DNA from: Fimbriosthenelais zetlandica
Taxonomy: Eukaryota
Length of the DNA stretch: 64,000 bases
Direction: 5' to 3'
NCBI GenBank assembly: GCA_977030845.1
Contig: OZ365113.1
Span: 31,434,001 to 31,498,000 of the forward strand
Positions 61,901-64,000 of this stretch are shown here, piece after piece. Numbering within the stretch: the stretch's first letter is position 1; the number at the start of each line of letters is the position of its first letter. The notes below the pieces were generated by a model. The model saw only the letters and a list, made by a program, of their open reading frames with translations. It was not told where the DNA came from and ran no database searches. The position numbers and the translations under genes were made by a program.

Positions 61901-63399
61901 TAGCAGGCGCATTAAACAACTCCAGTTCCCGACTGTAATCCTCAATTCTCAAATAGGATTCACTGCATAGGGTCCCGAGTCCCGCCCATCAAGTCCCTTT
62001 TGACTAAATTATCTGAACCTTCAGAGATGTCAGAACATTTCTTGATCCGTCAAAAGAGCCAATAATCCTTTCCATGCAGGCTGTGGCGACTGTGATAAAT
62101 CTGTTACTATTAAAACTTCCCTGATTTCACTTAGGCAGGGATTCTCCCTTTGTTATTATTCTGCCTGTAAAGGGTTCTATCTGATGGGACTTTAGATCAT
62201 ACCTTTGTGAATCTAAAGTTTCCTAATATTGTTCCCAACAAATATTCAGAAACACCTCTCATTGAATTAATTCCATATAACAGGGTAGGATATTCAACAA
62301 AGCTAAGCAATGCCTGGTTAATGATGAAAACGAGAGAGGTTATAATATCACCAGGGAAAGAAATTGGGAGTGGAGGAATATCTTTAGCGATTCATTAGAG
62401 GACATTGTGTTGCCTTTATTGTGCCCCAAAGAAGCTTCGTCATGTAGATGTGAATGGCCATGTGAAATGAAAAGCCTTCATATCTTTGTATATATACAGT
62501 AAAGGGCCCTGGCCTGATTCATTTATGATCTAGCTTGCAAGGTGTCAATTCCTTAACAAAAACATGCATATATGCGCATTTTGAAATCATAGACGTAAAC
62601 TGTGGTACTCGTACATTAAAATTTAAGATGTGGATTCATAAAAGTCGTATTTAGTTCATAGAGAGTTTATGGTAAATAGGCTTAGAGCTGAATATGTGTT
62701 TGTTATAGGGGTATTATGTGCGACAAGGTATATACGTTGTGTTTATATAAAAAGTTAAAATGTGTGACTTGTATTCAGCGGAGTCAAACTCCGGGTACTA
62801 AAGTAGATTCCTGTACATTATTATTCTGTACATGCCGCTCATTCAAGTAGATTTATAGCAAGAAAATTGCTGGATGGTTGACAGTAAATGGATTGGTTTT
62901 CATTTAGTTCATGGCCTCAGTGGTAGATGAATGACAGGGTGGAAGAAAGAGAAGTTTAGGGAGAGAAAAGGTATTGAGGAAATCATTCTCACGCTGGATG
63001 TATAGGAAGTTGTAGCATAAAGGCGGAACCATTGTTGTTACTTGGAGATAGTTCAGGATGTGGGGGAGTGGAGGGGGTGTGGAGGGATGGATGGTTGGCA
63101 TAGAGGCAAGGGCCTAAATCCCCATCCTGGAGACATCATAGGTTATGCCATGCATGCGCTCAGATGTATATAAATATTTGTGGGATGATTGCACAAGATA
63201 ATTGTTTATGTGAGGTTGCTTTTTGAAATTTTTGTGAAGCCCCTCAATCAGTCTGAAGATAGCCATCTCCTACGCCTATGATCATGTCCCAATGGCGACC
63301 AGACAATGAAATAAAAACAAATCGCCGGGGGGGGTATCCTGCCACTGCATTTAACCCTCTATGACAAAAAAAACCTAAACCTCCTTTTTTAAATATCAG

Positions 63400-63700
63400 A
63401 TATTTGCTGCGGCCCCCGCCTTCACTCCTCGCCTACTCTATAGCTGCTACCACGTGATCGTGAGCAGCGGAGGTACTAAACCAGACGCACGCTCGACCAC
63501 TGTCTCCCCCCAAAAAAACATCAAAATATCCATCATAAAAGGTCAGTATTCTTGTATTGTAACATTATTTTGTTAGTTAACATTGGTTGGATGTCTGTAG
63601 TAATCTCGGAAGCGGATGACATGGTAAAATACGTACTAGAACAAGTTAGAGAAACATGCAGAACCAAAATGGCGGATCTCTGCAGGCGATCGAGTCACCC
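63400..63700. promoter_or_regulatory. CpG-rich promoter-like region of an unidentified next gene
   Basis: CACGTG (about 63451), CGGAAG, AAAATGGCGG (YY1-like) and a possible donor AAAG|GTCAGT at 63541/63542; no recognisable CDS. Confidence 0.35.
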
Positions 63701-63796
63701 CTGAAGCTGTTCAAGTTCACGAGTGTTGTGCCAGAATCAAAATATAAGCTACGATATTTTTAGAAACGTGACCAGTCACCTGGATGTTCCAAGCAG

Positions 63797-63872
63797 TGAC
63801 AATGTATGGTCCCAGTGGTTGGAACGCTTGCCTAGCATGTGAGAGGCCAGGGTTCGATTCCCTGTCCTGGCA
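63797..63872 (+). mobile_element. tRNA-Ala(AGC)-derived SINE head or tRNA pseudogene
   Basis: A-box TGGTCCCAGTGG (63807-63818); anticodon loop CT-AGC-AT; T arm CAGGG-TTCGATT-CCCTG containing the B-box GGTTCGATTCC. The acceptor stem does not pair. Confidence 0.7.
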
Positions 63873-64000
63873 ATGGGGATTGCGTTTTCACCTTAGGCCT
63901 ACCAGATATTCATTCAGCTTTATATTTTGGCCATCACATAGAATTCCTCATATCAGGCCATGTAGGCCTGAAGTAGTCTAGACAAATTCAATGATTTTAA

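Noticed and set aside
63797-63872. Functional tRNA-Ala gene
   Set aside because: The acceptor stem cannot pair and the D stem is mismatched.

Overview
Eukaryotic genomic DNA from an AT-rich bilaterian invertebrate, probably a lophotrochozoan or non-vertebrate deuterostome (inferred from FoxQ1 plus a four-homeodomain Zfhx). Five protein-coding genes were reconstructed by hand with GT-AG introns and consistent reading-frame phases. (1) The 3' part of a Zfhx3/4 (zfh2/ATBF1)-type gene, + strand, 608-24580, including a 13.9-kb intron rich in regulatory-looking motifs and a 5.9-kb exon. (2) An intronless FoxQ1, - strand, 32870-34405, convergent with Zfhx. (3) A 12-exon PIGU, - strand, 41058-44024. 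(4) Head-to-head with PIGU, an apparently cytosolic 5'-nucleotidase-family metallophosphoesterase with 13 coding exons, + strand, 46760-58931. (5) A RING/B-box/coiled-coil/filamin/NHL TRIM gene nested, with its own promoter, antisense in an intron of the nucleotidase. The least explained region is the Zfhx-FoxQ1 interval. It holds a tandemly triplicated promoter/first-exon-like unit (ETS, YY1/ATG, splice donor), orphan plus-strand exons on both sides of FoxQ1 that may form a spliced antisense lncRNA, and a strong CTCF-like motif. Also present are a MITE-like element, a LINE-like poly(A) tail, a tRNA-Ala-derived SINE-like sequence, two hairpins and several small repeats. All non-coding interpretations are motif-based hypotheses; no searches were run.
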